Shown here piece by piece: positions 10,142 through 23,852 of a stretch of DNA of 64,000 bases. A program made the translations under genes and the position numbers. The stretch comes from an uncultured bacterium. GTDB taxonomy: Bacteria; Armatimonadota; Abditibacteriia; Abditibacteriales; Abditibacteriaceae. The notes below the pieces were generated by a model. That model was not told where the DNA came from and searched no databases. It worked only from the letters and a program-made list of their open reading frames with translations. The stretch is from contig CAWJLW010000006.1 of assembly GCA_963843795.1 (NCBI GenBank), positions 682,001 through 746,000 on the forward strand, written 5' to 3'. Numbering within the stretch: position 1 is the first letter of the stretch; the number at the start of each line of letters is the position of its first letter.

Positions 10142-11668
10142 CTACGGCGATGCCTTCGCCGCGCGAGGTTTTTTGGGTTTCGTGCGTTCGTATCTGCGGC
10201 GTTGTGCAGCCGGTGGAACTTTGAGGGCTTCGCGGTACTTTGTCACAGTGCGGCGCGCGATTTGAATACCTTTTTTGGCCAGTTCCTGACTAATTTGCTC
10301 ATCCGAATACGGCTTGCGCGCGTTTTCTTGTTGCAGCAAATCTTTGATAACTTCCTTCACACTCAGGCTGGCGTCGAAAAACATATCGCACGGAATCACT
10401 TCGCCCGAAGGAATCATCGCGTATTTGCCGGTCACGGCGCGACCGACCGTCGATTCGTGCAAGCCCAAACGGTGCGCCACGCTCAAGCGCGTTAAGGGTT
10501 TCAGCGAATGCGTACCTTGTTCCAAAAAGCGTCCTTGTTCGGAAGCGACGGCTTCGATAATGAGTTTCAATGTTTTGCGGCGCTGGTTCAGGTTGTCAAT
10601 AAATTCGCGCGCACGCGTGAGGTAAGCCTGAACGTGTTCGCGATCTTTGCCGGAGTAGCTCGCCGGGTCGCGGCGCATCGAATCCCACAATTGGCGATAA
10701 ACCGCATTCACGCGCAATCCCAAACTGCGCGATTCATTGACTTCAACGCTGTAGACACCGATTTTTCCGGGCACGGGTTTGATATAAACATCGGGACGCA
10801 CGCGCGCTTCGCCGCCTGTGCCTTGTGATTGCCAACTGGGGCGATATTGGCGGCCCGGATAAGGTGTGGTACGGGTGCGAATTAAATCGGCAGTGTCTTG
10901 AACATCATCGAGCGAGATTTTCATTTTGCGCGCGATGTCTTCGTAGGAATGACGTGCGAGCGCTTCCCAGTATTTATCAACAATCTTGAGCGCGAAATTA
11001 GCCAATCGCTTTTCCTCGGCATCGACTTCGTGCTGCATCTTTTCGCGTGTTTGCAACTGGATTTGAAACTGCGCCAACTGCAAACGAATGCATTCGCGCA
11101 AAGTGCGCGCACCAACGCCGACCGGTTCCAGTTGCTGCACAAATTCCAGCACAGTTTCCAGTTGTTCAACCGGAACGCCCAGCCCTTCGGCCAGCGGTTC
11201 AAGTTCGGTATCGAGATAGCCGTCGTCGTTGATGCAGCCGATGAGCGTGTCGCCGAGTTCGAGATGTTCTTCGGGGCCGTTCAAGCGCCACGCCCAACGT
11301 AAATGGTCGCCCAGCGTCTCAGGAGAAACTAAACGCGCTACGATGTCATCTTGCTCGTCGTCGGCGGAATAAACTGGCTTTTCCATCGGCGCGGCTTCGA
11401 TGGTGAGGTCGATAGGAGCTTCGCGCGCTTCTTCTTCTTCTTTGGTGAGCTTGTAACCGCACTCGCGACAGGTTTCAGTGAGAATGCTCGCGCCGCAGGC
11501 GGGACAAATGCGCTCGGAGGATACGTCGAGCGCGGGATTGTCTTGAATTTCGCTGTTGATGGCTTGTTCCAAATCTGCCGAAGGTTGCTGCAGCAGCTCG
11601 TAAAATGCGATCATTTTCGGGTTGAGCGTTTGCTCCATCCCGCTACTCATGCCTAATGATTGGCTCAT
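10142..11668 (-). CDS. rpoN: RNA polymerase sigma-54 factor with a CxxC...CxxC insert
   Basis: RpoN box IARRTVTKYRE, LHESTVGRA HTH, EPVGVGARTLRECI. Confidence 0.95.
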   Translation of the reverse strand: MSQSLGMSSGMEQTLNPKMIAFYELLQQPSADLEQAINSEIQDNPALDVSSERICPACGASILTETCRECGYKLTKEEEEAREAPIDLTIEAAPMEKPVYSADDEQDDIVARLVSPETLGDHLRWAWRLNGPEEHLELGDTLIGCINDDGYLDTELEPLAEGLGVPVEQLETVLEFVQQLEPVGVGARTLRECIRLQLAQFQIQLQTREKMQHEVDAEEKRLANFALKIVDKYWEALARHSYEDIARKMKISLDDVQDTADLIRTRTTPYPGRQYRPSWQSQGTGGEARVRPDVYIKPVPGKIGVYSVEVNESRSLGLRVNAVYRQLWDSMRRDPASYSGKDREHVQAYLTRAREFIDNLNQRRKTLKLIIEAVASEQGRFLEQGTHSLKPLTRLSVAHRLGLHESTVGRAVTGKYAMIPSGEVIPCDMFFDASLSVKEVIKDLLQQENARKPYSDEQISQELAKKGIQIARRTVTKYREALKVPPAAQRRRYERTKPKKPRAAKASP

Positions 11669-11897
11669 CGAAAGTGCTTATCCTTATATAATTTCCACAG
11701 AGTTTTCACAACGCGCAAAATGCGCTGCAAGTACTTGCGGGTCGTTTGAAATTTAAAATTTGGCGCAAATTTAGAATTTGGCCGCGTGTTGGCACGCAAA
11801 TTTACGCGCTTTAACCGCTTCCAATTTCAAGAAGCGTGCCACCACAACACAATACTCAAAAAGAACTTTTGACAGAAACTTTCACAAGGAACTTTTC

Positions 11898-12573
11898 ATG
11901 CCTACCGAAACCGAAGCCGCACCCAACGCCATCGCGCTTCTCACCGCGCCTCAAACTTCGCAGTTCGCTTTTCCCGAAGCGCTCGTCGCGCCACTGTCTC
12001 CGGGCGAAACTTTGCAGCGTCTGCTTCAAATCGAAGGCGTTCTTCAGCGCAACGTCGAGTTGTCACAGTGGCTTTCCGCGCCACAGCTCGGCGCAGCGCG
12101 CGAGGAACTGATGCAGGCCATTGCGGGGAACCAAAGCGCTCACATCGCTGACGCTTGGGGAAAAGCCCAGCAATTGTTGGGCGAATTGTATGCAAGTAAC
12201 TTGCAGCAGTGCCGAAGCGGTGCGCGCCCTAGATGGTTTCAGGTTACTGAATTGGCCCGACCCGGAAACCGAAACTGGCAGCGTGCAGCCAATTGATATT
12301 TCAACAATTGTCGTGACTCACACGCGACCGCAGAAGCAGGTTTACACTTATTTCTCATTTGCGCGCGCTCCGGGTGCGACCGGTTACTGGTTGCACGAAA
12401 TCCGTCGCACCGTGCATGGCGAAGATTACGAAGACGCCACGCTTTCCAGTAATCAACCCTGCTTCACGCGCGTGCGTATGGGCGAGGGCTTGCGTCGCTT
12501 CCGCATCGAATCGCGCAATCCCCATTCAATCGCGTTCTCTGAAGTCTTCGATGTCGAAATCCCCGCACCATAG
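11898..12573 (+). pseudogene. Hypothetical protein split by a +1 frameshift inside the palindrome (real or a sequencing error)
   Basis: TGCAAGTAACTTGCA at 12191-12205; removing one A joins MPTETEAAP...ELYAS to TCSSAEAVRALDGF...EIPAP in one ORF. Confidence 0.7.
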
Positions 12574-12650
12574 ATTTCAATAAAAAATCAGAAATGGGCG
12601 CTGTAATTATTCGTGCAAGTACTTGCAGCGCCCGTTTTGGTGACAACGCT

Positions 12651-13781
12651 TCAGTTTGTCACAATTCCATCAATACTCCATAAACCAAATACGCCCTCAA
12701 CCGACGTGCTGGACAGTGCGTTCACCGTATTGACGTCTTTAACCCACACCGAATTCCACAAACTGCTGGCTTGGTTTTCCTCACCAAATGGCAGCGATAA
12801 ATTGGCGAAATTGCGCGCGGCATGGTCGCCAACCCACACTGCCATACGCGCCATACGGTCGTTGCCATCAAGGCTGAATTGAGAAGATAAAACCGTGAGG
12901 CCGTTTGGCATCTGACAGAGATACGGTGCCCCCGCGTAAGCCTGCGCGGGCAATGGAGTTCGCAGCGCGCTCCAACGGCGCGCGCTTTCGCCCGCGACAA
13001 AACGATCTCCGCTGTCTGACAAGTCGATAATGACCGGTTTGAAGCTACCGCTTAAGCCGTTGTCTTCAATCGCCATTACCAAATTTCCATTTTTCAAAAT
13101 AATGGGCACCGGCATTCCGTCGCGCGCATGCTGGCGAAAACTAACGCGCTGCGCTTTGCCCCAAGTTTTGCCACCGTCGCGCGAAATCATACGCGAAATT
13201 TCCTGTTCGTGGCTATCGGGGAATGGCGCTTCGTTGGCGAAAAACATTTGCACGTCGCCATTTTTCGCTACAATCGCGCGCGGCTCCCAACAGCCTTCGC
13301 TTCCGGTCGTTCCCGCACGATAAATCACTTGCGGCGCGCTCCACGTTTGGCCTTTGTCCACGCTGCGACAGATTGCAATTGCGAACGACTGCGCGGGTTC
13401 GCCTTCTTTATTGCGTGGACGTTGATTAAAGCTGCACAGCCAATCTCCATTGGACAAAATTACCAATTCTGGGTTGGCCGCGTTGCCATACTCATATTGC
13501 GCCACGCCAATTTCTTGGCTCCAGGTTTTGCCATTATCTGCGCTTATTTTCAAATGCACGCCACCGGCGCGCTCGTAAATGCACGCCACTGTTTTTTTAT
13601 CCACGCGCGCCACGCGTCCGTATAAGCCACCCGCTTGAATCAGTTGACGCGTCGATTGTTGCCATTCGATTGGTGAACTTTTCGATTCTGTTTTGGTTGC
13701 GATTTGTGCATCTGCGGGCACAACGAGCGACGCCGTTAGCATGAGAAAACTGGTGAAGCCAGGAAGATTTATGCGAATCAT
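12651..13781 (-). CDS. Secreted sialidase-like / BNR-repeat beta-propeller glycosidase
   Basis: Asp-boxes SADNGKTWS, SVDKGQTWS and SRDGGKTWG; GCWEP; signal peptide. Confidence 0.82.
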   Translation of the reverse strand: MIRINLPGFTSFLMLTASLVVPADAQIATKTESKSSPIEWQQSTRQLIQAGGLYGRVARVDKKTVACIYERAGGVHLKISADNGKTWSQEIGVAQYEYGNAANPELVILSNGDWLCSFNQRPRNKEGEPAQSFAIAICRSVDKGQTWSAPQVIYRAGTTGSEGCWEPRAIVAKNGDVQMFFANEAPFPDSHEQEISRMISRDGGKTWGKAQRVSFRQHARDGMPVPIILKNGNLVMAIEDNGLSGSFKPVIIDLSDSGDRFVAGESARRWSALRTPLPAQAYAGAPYLCQMPNGLTVLSSQFSLDGNDRMARMAVWVGDHAARNFANLSLPFGEENQASSLWNSVWVKDVNTVNALSSTSVEGVFGLWSIDGIVTN

Positions 13782-13862
13782 GAGAAATTTGGAGACGCGC
13801 AAATGCTCCAAAGTTTCACCGCACGCGCGCTGCAAGTACTTGCAGCGCGCTAAAATAAAGCC

Positions 13863-15164
13863 ATGAATTCCACTTCTTTTACTTCGAATCCTGACGAAAT
13901 TCTGCCTCATAAACTGGTCGTGCAAACCGTAGATGAAATCGTGCGCAAAACGCCGGTTTACGATATTCACACGCATTTATACGCGCCCGCTTTCGAGAAA
14001 ATGCTTTTGTTCGGCATCGACGAATTGCTGACTTATCATTATCTCGTCGCCGAAACTTTTCGTTTTTCGGATGTTTCTCCGCAGGAATTTTTTGCCAAGA
14101 CCAAAACTGAACAAGCCGATTTGGTGTGGCGCACTTTGTTCGTTGAGCGCGCGCCAATTTCCGAAGCCTGTCGCGGCGTGGTCACGACTTTAAAGGCGCT
14201 GGGGATGGAAATTAAAGGCACGACTGGTGATTTGATTTCTATTCGCGATTTCTATGCGTCGCAGCAGCCAGATGAATTCGTCGCATTGTGTATGAAAATT
14301 GCCAATGTGCGCCGAATTTGTATGACCAATTCGCCGTTTGATGCTGACGAAATCCCAGTGTGGAATGCTGGCTTCAAAGGCGATGAGCGTTTTAGCGCGG
14401 CGCTGCGCATCGATCCGTTGTTGATGCAATGGGAAAGCGCGTGCACGCAACTGCAAAGCGAAGGTTTTGAAGTGCAGATTGATGGCGGCGGCAAAACGAT
14501 GGACGAAGTGCGGCGCTGGCTCGCAGTGTGGGCGAGCAGAATGAATGCGCTTTATGTAATGGTTTCCCTGCCGCCCACTTTTCAAATGCCAGTTAATGAG
14601 ACGGCGAGCGCAGAAGAAACCTTGCGCGCGCGCGTGATTGAAGAAGCGGTTTTGCCGTTTTGTCGCGAGCACAATTTACCGTTTGCACTGATGATGGGCG
14701 TGACTCGACAGGTCAATCCGGCTTTGCAGTTGGCGGGTGACGGTGTAGGACTCAGCGATTTGAACGCCCTGAAGTACCTGTGCGTGCGTTTTCCCGAAAA
14801 CAAGTTTTTGGTCACGGTTCTGGCGCGCGAAAATCAGCATGAGCTTTGCGTATTGGCGCGCAAATTCGCCAATTTGCATCCGTTTGGCTGCTGGTGGTTT
14901 ACCAATGTGCCGTCGTTAATCGATGAAATCACGCGTATGCGATTGGAACTTATCGGCGCGAGTTTCACTGTCCAGCATTCCGATGCGCGTGTGATGGATC
15001 AGGTGATTTACAAGTGGTCGCATTCGCGCGCTGTGATCGCGCCCGTACTGAGCGAGAAATATAGCGAGCTGGCGCACAGCGGTTGGCCCTTAACGCGTGC
15101 GATGATTCAAAGCGATGTGGCGGCGTTATTTGGTGGTGCGTTTGAAAATTTTCTCAAGCGATAA
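13863..15164 (+). CDS. uxaC: Glucuronate (uronate) isomerase, amidohydrolase fold
   Basis: DIHTHL, LLTYHYLVAE, GCWWF and QHSDAR...YKWSHSR motifs of the Bh0493-type uronate isomerases. Confidence 0.85.
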   Translation: MNSTSFTSNPDEILPHKLVVQTVDEIVRKTPVYDIHTHLYAPAFEKMLLFGIDELLTYHYLVAETFRFSDVSPQEFFAKTKTEQADLVWRTLFVERAPISEACRGVVTTLKALGMEIKGTTGDLISIRDFYASQQPDEFVALCMKIANVRRICMTNSPFDADEIPVWNAGFKGDERFSAALRIDPLLMQWESACTQLQSEGFEVQIDGGGKTMDEVRRWLAVWASRMNALYVMVSLPPTFQMPVNETASAEETLRARVIEEAVLPFCREHNLPFALMMGVTRQVNPALQLAGDGVGLSDLNALKYLCVRFPENKFLVTVLARENQHELCVLARKFANLHPFGCWWFTNVPSLIDEITRMRLELIGASFTVQHSDARVMDQVIYKWSHSRAVIAPVLSEKYSELAHSGWPLTRAMIQSDVAALFGGAFENFLKR

Positions 15165-15267
15165 TGGGGCGCACAAGTACTTGCAGGCACAAAAATTGGT
15201 GAACAGTACCGCGACTTGCGCCGTCGATTGAGCCAGTTCCCAATCAACCGATAACGGAGTGAAAATT

Positions 15268-16722
15268 ATGAAAACCAATACTAAGAAAATGCTGCAAATG
15301 GCTTTGATTTTAGCGGGCAACGCGCCTGCGATTATGCTGCCGGTTTTGCTGGCGCCGCAAAGCACTTCAACCGTGCTGGCCGCCCAAACTGTCGATGTCA
15401 CCGGCACGGTCGTTGAGGTGCGCGACAATCGTGGATTTACCTTCTCGCCCGACAATCGCGGTGGCACTTACACCGTGACTTCGAACAATTTGCCCGCTGG
15501 TCTGAATCGCGGCGACAAAGTGCGTGTGCGCGGCACGCTCAATGGCAATCAGGTCGCGGCCACCGATATTCGTGTGACCCAAAACAACGGTAACACCGGC
15601 GGCAATAACAATGGCAACAGCACACAAGACGTGACGGGTCGTGTTGAATCGGTACGTGGGAACGATGGTTTTACCTTTCGTCCCGCCGGTCGCAACGAAA
15701 CTTACACCGTGCGCAGCAATAATATGCCACGTGATTTAAGTGCTGGCGACACGGTGCGCGTGCGCGGAACCTTGCGCGGCAATCAACTCACGGCCACTGA
15801 TGTGCGTGTTGTGACCAACGGCAATAATGGCAACGTTAACGGAACCTTCGATGTGACCGGCACTGTGCGCGCGGTGCGCAACGATGGTTTCACTTTCCGT
15901 CCCGATGGCCGCAACGACGATTACACGGTGCGAAGCAACAATTTTCCGCGCGATTTGCGCGAGGGCGACAAAGTGCGCGTGCGCGGCGATGTGCGTGGAC
16001 GCGATGTGACCAACGCACAAGTACAAAACGCTTACACAACGGGTCGCGACGAACCCAAACGCGGCGTCGGCAATGGCGAAGCCGTCGAGTTCGATGCGCA
16101 GATTAACGCGGTGAAAGGTCGTCGTCAGGTGCAAGCGCATTTGCCTAGCGGCACGCGTTATGAGATTTACAGCAACAACGATTTGAATTTGCGCGAAGGC
16201 GACTACATTCGGGTGCGCGGCAACGCGCGGCGCGGCGGCTTTTACGCCATCGATGCTGATAGCGTGACACAATCGAGCGCGAACGATTATCGCAATCAGG
16301 GCGTCGAAATTCGCACCGGCCTCAATCGAAACAATGGTGGCTACAATAATGGTGGCTACAATAATGGTGGCTACAACGATCCGATCCAGAACAACATTCG
16401 TTTGCAGGGTCGCATCGAGAAGCTGCGCGATGATCGTTTCACGCTACTGGTTGAAGATCTCAACAACGATCCTTACTACAACGATAACAACGGCGATTAT
16501 CCTGATTACGGCAATGGTAACGGCAACAACCGCGATAACCGCAATCGCAACCGCAACAACGCCAACGATGATACGCAGCGTTACGATGGCCGTCGCTTTG
16601 AAGTGCGTTATGACAGCCGCAATGATCGTTTGCGCAACGGTGACCGCGTTACGGTCGTCGGCGATTTGAACAACAACATCATTATTTCCAATCGCGTGCG
16701 TTTGACGACCACTAATCGCTAA
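15268..16722 (+). CDS. Exported Asn/Gly-rich protein with repeated OB-fold-like (DUF5666-like) modules
   Basis: Three close repeats DVTG.V..VR..GFTF.P......YTV.SNN.P..L..GD.VRVRG, two diverged copies and (NGGYN)x3. Confidence 0.75.
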   Translation: MKTNTKKMLQMALILAGNAPAIMLPVLLAPQSTSTVLAAQTVDVTGTVVEVRDNRGFTFSPDNRGGTYTVTSNNLPAGLNRGDKVRVRGTLNGNQVAATDIRVTQNNGNTGGNNNGNSTQDVTGRVESVRGNDGFTFRPAGRNETYTVRSNNMPRDLSAGDTVRVRGTLRGNQLTATDVRVVTNGNNGNVNGTFDVTGTVRAVRNDGFTFRPDGRNDDYTVRSNNFPRDLREGDKVRVRGDVRGRDVTNAQVQNAYTTGRDEPKRGVGNGEAVEFDAQINAVKGRRQVQAHLPSGTRYEIYSNNDLNLREGDYIRVRGNARRGGFYAIDADSVTQSSANDYRNQGVEIRTGLNRNNGGYNNGGYNNGGYNDPIQNNIRLQGRIEKLRDDRFTLLVEDLNNDPYYNDNNGDYPDYGNGNGNNRDNRNRNRNNANDDTQRYDGRRFEVRYDSRNDRLRNGDRVTVVGDLNNNIIISNRVRLTTTNR

Positions 16723-16735
16723 ACACACTGTTAGA

Positions 16736-16781
16736 AAAGCCAAAAAAGCCCTGCAAGTACTTGCAGGGCTTTTTTGGCTTT
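16736..16781. terminator. 46-bp perfect palindrome centred on TGCAAGTACTTGCA; probable bidirectional terminator
   Basis: AAAGCCAAAAAAGCCC-TGCAAGTACTTGCA-GGGCTTTTTTGGCTTT between convergent genes. Confidence 0.8.
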
Positions 16782-17598
16782 AAGGCATTGCCGATTCAGT
16801 CCAACGCAATTTCAAACGTGTGATGAGCGGTGCGACCTGCGCGGTAAAATCGGAAAAGCTGCCTTCATAGGAAGTGCGCGCGACGTGACCGGCGCGGCGA
16901 CATTGACGGTAAAATTCACGAAATTCCGCTTCGCCGTTTTTTGCAAAACCCGGCGGCACGCGACCCAAATCGGCGACGTGCGTGTGGCGCAGCCGGGTTC
17001 CGCTATCGCCGACATTTTTCAAATCTTCATTGTCTTCGGTAATGTGATACAAATCGGCCAGCAGTTGCACGTTGGGATGATAAATTGCATCGACCATGTG
17101 CATTCCCTGCTTCATATCCAAAATAAAATTATCTTCGCGGTGATTGAGCGGCTCGACTGTAATGGTAACGCCCGCATCGCGCGCAATTGGGCCGAGCGCC
17201 TGACCGAATTCGATGAACTGATTTTCCGCCCTTTCATACGGAAAACCCTGCGGAATTTTGCGTGCGCCCGACGAACCCAAAACCACGATTTGTCCGCCGA
17301 GTTGCGCACAACGTCCCAGAGATTTGCGACAGTATTCGAGCAGCGAGGGCAAATCGACATCTGGACCGGTAATGCGATGTTGGGTGGGAATGAACGAATT
17401 GAAGGCTTCGGGTTTGAGCGTGAGCGGTGCGAGCGCGCGGGCGAGGTCATCAAAATCGTCGCCCATCACGCTGCCGACGTTCATTTCAAAATAATCGGCG
17501 CCTGCACCGTGCAAAATTTCTTCTAACTGCACCGCGCTTTCTTTCAAGGGCGCGTTTTTGTTCGCGGTGCGCGGAGTGGCGCAAATACCGAATTTCAT
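16780..17598 (-). CDS. Sugar phosphate isomerase/epimerase family TIM-barrel protein
   Basis: VLGSSGAR, TVEPLN..E, LLADLYH and HTHVAD motifs. Confidence 0.82.
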   Translation of the reverse strand: MKFGICATPRTANKNAPLKESAVQLEEILHGAGADYFEMNVGSVMGDDFDDLARALAPLTLKPEAFNSFIPTQHRITGPDVDLPSLLEYCRKSLGRCAQLGGQIVVLGSSGARKIPQGFPYERAENQFIEFGQALGPIARDAGVTITVEPLNHREDNFILDMKQGMHMVDAIYHPNVQLLADLYHITEDNEDLKNVGDSGTRLRHTHVADLGRVPPGFAKNGEAEFREFYRQCRRAGHVARTSYEGSFSDFTAQVAPLITRLKLRWTESAMP

Positions 17599-17650
17599 AA
17601 ATCGCTCTCTGAATACTGTTTCTATGTGCGACAAGTACTTGCGTGTGTGG

Positions 17651-20293
17651 TCAACGTGCCGAACTCACGTCGCAAGTACTTGCGTCGCACGAAGCTTCGA
17701 TGCTGCCATCCAAATCGGTGCGAAACGTGTTGATTTGCATCTGCGCTAAGCGCGTCAAAACTTCGCCCGTCGGGTGGCCAAAACGATTGTAGCGCCCGCA
17801 CGAAATCAAAGCCACACGCGGCTTAATCGCTTGCAAAAATTCAAGGGTCGAACTGGTGCGCGAACCGTGATGGCCAACTTTGAGCAGCGTTACATTCTCC
17901 AAATCGCGCCGAGAATCTGTATCTCGCAGCAGCGCTTTTTCGACATCGGCTTCGCTATCGCCGGTCAGCAGCGCACTCGTCTGACCGTAATCCAAACGCA
18001 AAACTGCACTTGAAGCATTGGAAGCCGCTTGAATCGATAAATCCTGTGGCGGCCATAAGACGCGCACTTTGACTTGCCCCAGCGCAAAAGTTTCGCCGCC
18101 GTGCAACGTTTGCAACGGCGCACCGCTCGCGCGCAACTGCGCCAGTAAACGCGGATATTCTTCGGCGCGCGTGACGCCATTATTCCATGTAACCTCCGAA
18201 GGTGCGGTAATAAAAACACGCTCAATCGGTACTTCGCGCGCGACCTGAGCCAAACCGTTGAAATGGTCGCTATCGGAATGTGTAATTAAAAGCGCGTCCA
18301 ATTTTTCCACGCCCACGCTTTGCAAATACGGAACGATCACGCTCGTTCCCACATCGGGCCGTCCACTGTCGGAAGAACCTCCATCAATCAACATGGCGCG
18401 TCCGGTCGGGTCGCGCACCAGCAAAGATTCGCCTTGCCCCACGTCCAGCATCGTCAAACTCCAGCGCGCCGGTCGCGGCCACTGTTGCCACAGCCATGTG
18501 CTGCCCATCATCGTCGCTATGATTAGCAGCCCCAGCGGCGAAAATCGATGTGGACGCTGTTCGCGTTCTTCCTCTGCGCGCTCCACTTGCCATTGCTTCC
18601 ATTCTTCGCGCGCCGCTAACCAACTTTGCCGCCATGAATCGCGCCACGACGCTTGCTCAGCTTCGTCGGCGTTGTTCATCAAGCGTGGCCATTGCGTGAA
18701 CGCGGCCAGAATCAGCAAAATTATCAAGCAACACAGCGTCCACGCCAAACGCAGCGGCGGTGTTTCGATTTGCGCGCCTGGCCACGCGGCACAGGTCGCC
18801 GTCACATCGTAAATCGCGCGCGTCAGCAAATAATTAAAACCATCGGGCAGGTGCGAAACCAAACCCAGCGCACCGCTGATTATCAAAACACCTGCGAGCG
18901 GAACGGCAGGTATATTAGCGCCCAGAGCCGCCAGGCTGATACGCCCGAATGAATAAAGTAAAATCGGCAGCGTCGCCAATTGCGCTCCCAATGACAAAGC
19001 GATTATGGCGCGCAACCATTGCCAATGCTGCGGCCATTGGATGCGCACAGAAAGCGCGCGCTCGGCAATCGGCGAGAGAAATATCAAACCCCACGTCGCG
19101 GCGAAACTTAATTGCAAAGATAAATCGAACAAACTCTTCGGATCATTCAAAAGCAAGATTAGCAATGCGCCGCACCACAGCGAACACATATCAACGCCGC
19201 GCCCGCGTCCCAGCGCCCACGCCACCAGAGCGCCACCAATCGCCGCGCGCCAAATGCTGGCCGCGCCGCCCGCGATCAGCGCGTAAATCACGATTGGCGG
19301 CACCACTAAAACTGCCAACCACCAACCGCGCCCGCCCAGCAATCGTGTTGCGCTGATGCACAAAAGCGCGATAATCGAAACTTGCGCGCCGCTGGCGACC
19401 AGAATGTGCGATAATCCGGCGCGCCGAAATTGTTCGCGCACCAGTTGCGGCAGCGGCTGCGTCAAACCGCCTTCGCCGAAAGTCATCGCCGTTAGTAATT
19501 GCGCCGTTGCGTGGCCGTAATTCCAGCCAGTTGCGCCATTTTCGCCCGCGAACGCGCGTGTGTAACGAGTGAGAATCGAACGTCGCGCGCTGCCAATCAG
19601 TGCGCTAAGCATTTCCGAATCGCGCCGTATAAGGTGCCAATTCTTGCCTTCCAAGGCGCACCAACAACCGCGCAAAATCATGCGCTGTCCGCGATCCGCT
19701 TCGCCTGCGTTGCCTGCGCGTGGTAATTGCATCAGTGATCCACTGATTTCGATTTCATCGCCCGTGCGCAAATCGGCATCGCCTGAAATTGTCGTCCAGA
19801 CGCGGCCACTTTTGCCCTGCAAGTACTTGCGATTGTCTTTTGCGTCGCAGTAGAGCCCAAAACTGGTTTTGTACCCGCTGCGTTCAATCGTGTCCACAAT
19901 ACAACCACGCAAACGCACTGTTTCGGCGCGCATCGGATGCAAACGCGATGGCGCGTTCAAGATTTGCGCAACATCGGCGCGCGGCGGCAGCCAACTGCGT
20001 GCGCTTATCGTCAAAACCACGCCGAAAATACCCAACATCAGCCAGTGGCGCGACAGCCAAAACTGATGGCGAAAACGCCACGAAAGTGCGAAAGAAATGA
20101 AACTAAACGCAGCGGGCAAAAGGCAAATCCAATCTTCGCGCGCGTTTTGCCCGAAAGCGCGCGCCCACAAAGGGCCAAAGGCGCAGGCCAGCAAAACTGG
20201 AGGGAGAAGCCACAGCGCGGGTCGCAATCGTAAGGCTTGGAGCCAGCGTTCGAGCGCGCGGCGCGGCGATAAATTTGCGGAATAATCGGACAT
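17651..20293 (-). CDS. comEC: Competence protein ComEC/Rec2 (DNA uptake channel with metallo-beta-lactamase domain)
   Basis: GLSHILVASGAQ, LQLSFAAT, LDVGQG, THSDSDH, LKVGHHGS and NRFGHP motifs. Confidence 0.93.
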   Translation of the reverse strand: MSDYSANLSPRRALERWLQALRLRPALWLLPPVLLACAFGPLWARAFGQNAREDWICLLPAAFSFISFALSWRFRHQFWLSRHWLMLGIFGVVLTISARSWLPPRADVAQILNAPSRLHPMRAETVRLRGCIVDTIERSGYKTSFGLYCDAKDNRKYLQGKSGRVWTTISGDADLRTGDEIEISGSLMQLPRAGNAGEADRGQRMILRGCWCALEGKNWHLIRRDSEMLSALIGSARRSILTRYTRAFAGENGATGWNYGHATAQLLTAMTFGEGGLTQPLPQLVREQFRRAGLSHILVASGAQVSIIALLCISATRLLGGRGWWLAVLVVPPIVIYALIAGGAASIWRAAIGGALVAWALGRGRGVDMCSLWCGALLILLLNDPKSLFDLSLQLSFAATWGLIFLSPIAERALSVRIQWPQHWQWLRAIIALSLGAQLATLPILLYSFGRISLAALGANIPAVPLAGVLIISGALGLVSHLPDGFNYLLTRAIYDVTATCAAWPGAQIETPPLRLAWTLCCLIILLILAAFTQWPRLMNNADEAEQASWRDSWRQSWLAAREEWKQWQVERAEEEREQRPHRFSPLGLLIIATMMGSTWLWQQWPRPARWSLTMLDVGQGESLLVRDPTGRAMLIDGGSSDSGRPDVGTSVIVPYLQSVGVEKLDALLITHSDSDHFNGLAQVAREVPIERVFITAPSEVTWNNGVTRAEEYPRLLAQLRASGAPLQTLHGGETFALGQVKVRVLWPPQDLSIQAASNASSAVLRLDYGQTSALLTGDSEADVEKALLRDTDSRRDLENVTLLKVGHHGSRTSSTLEFLQAIKPRVALISCGRYNRFGHPTGEVLTRLAQMQINTFRTDLDGSIEASCDASTCDVSSAR

Positions 20294-20393
20294 AAAAAGC
20301 AACTGCACGCGCGGTTAAACTATCATTATTATTCAATGCGTCGCGCGTTTTAAGAATTCTGTTAAGTGTGACCGATGGGCGCGAAAATTTATC

Positions 20394-23831
<3,438 letters not shown>

Positions 23832-23852
23832 CAAGGCGCTTTCCTGAGTGGT

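Noticed and set aside
11790..11805. Sigma54 promoter TGGCACGCAAATTTAC upstream of the gene at 11898
   Set aside because: The -24 half is good but the -12 GC is missing at the required spacing; AGGCACAAAAATTGG at 15185 fails in the same way
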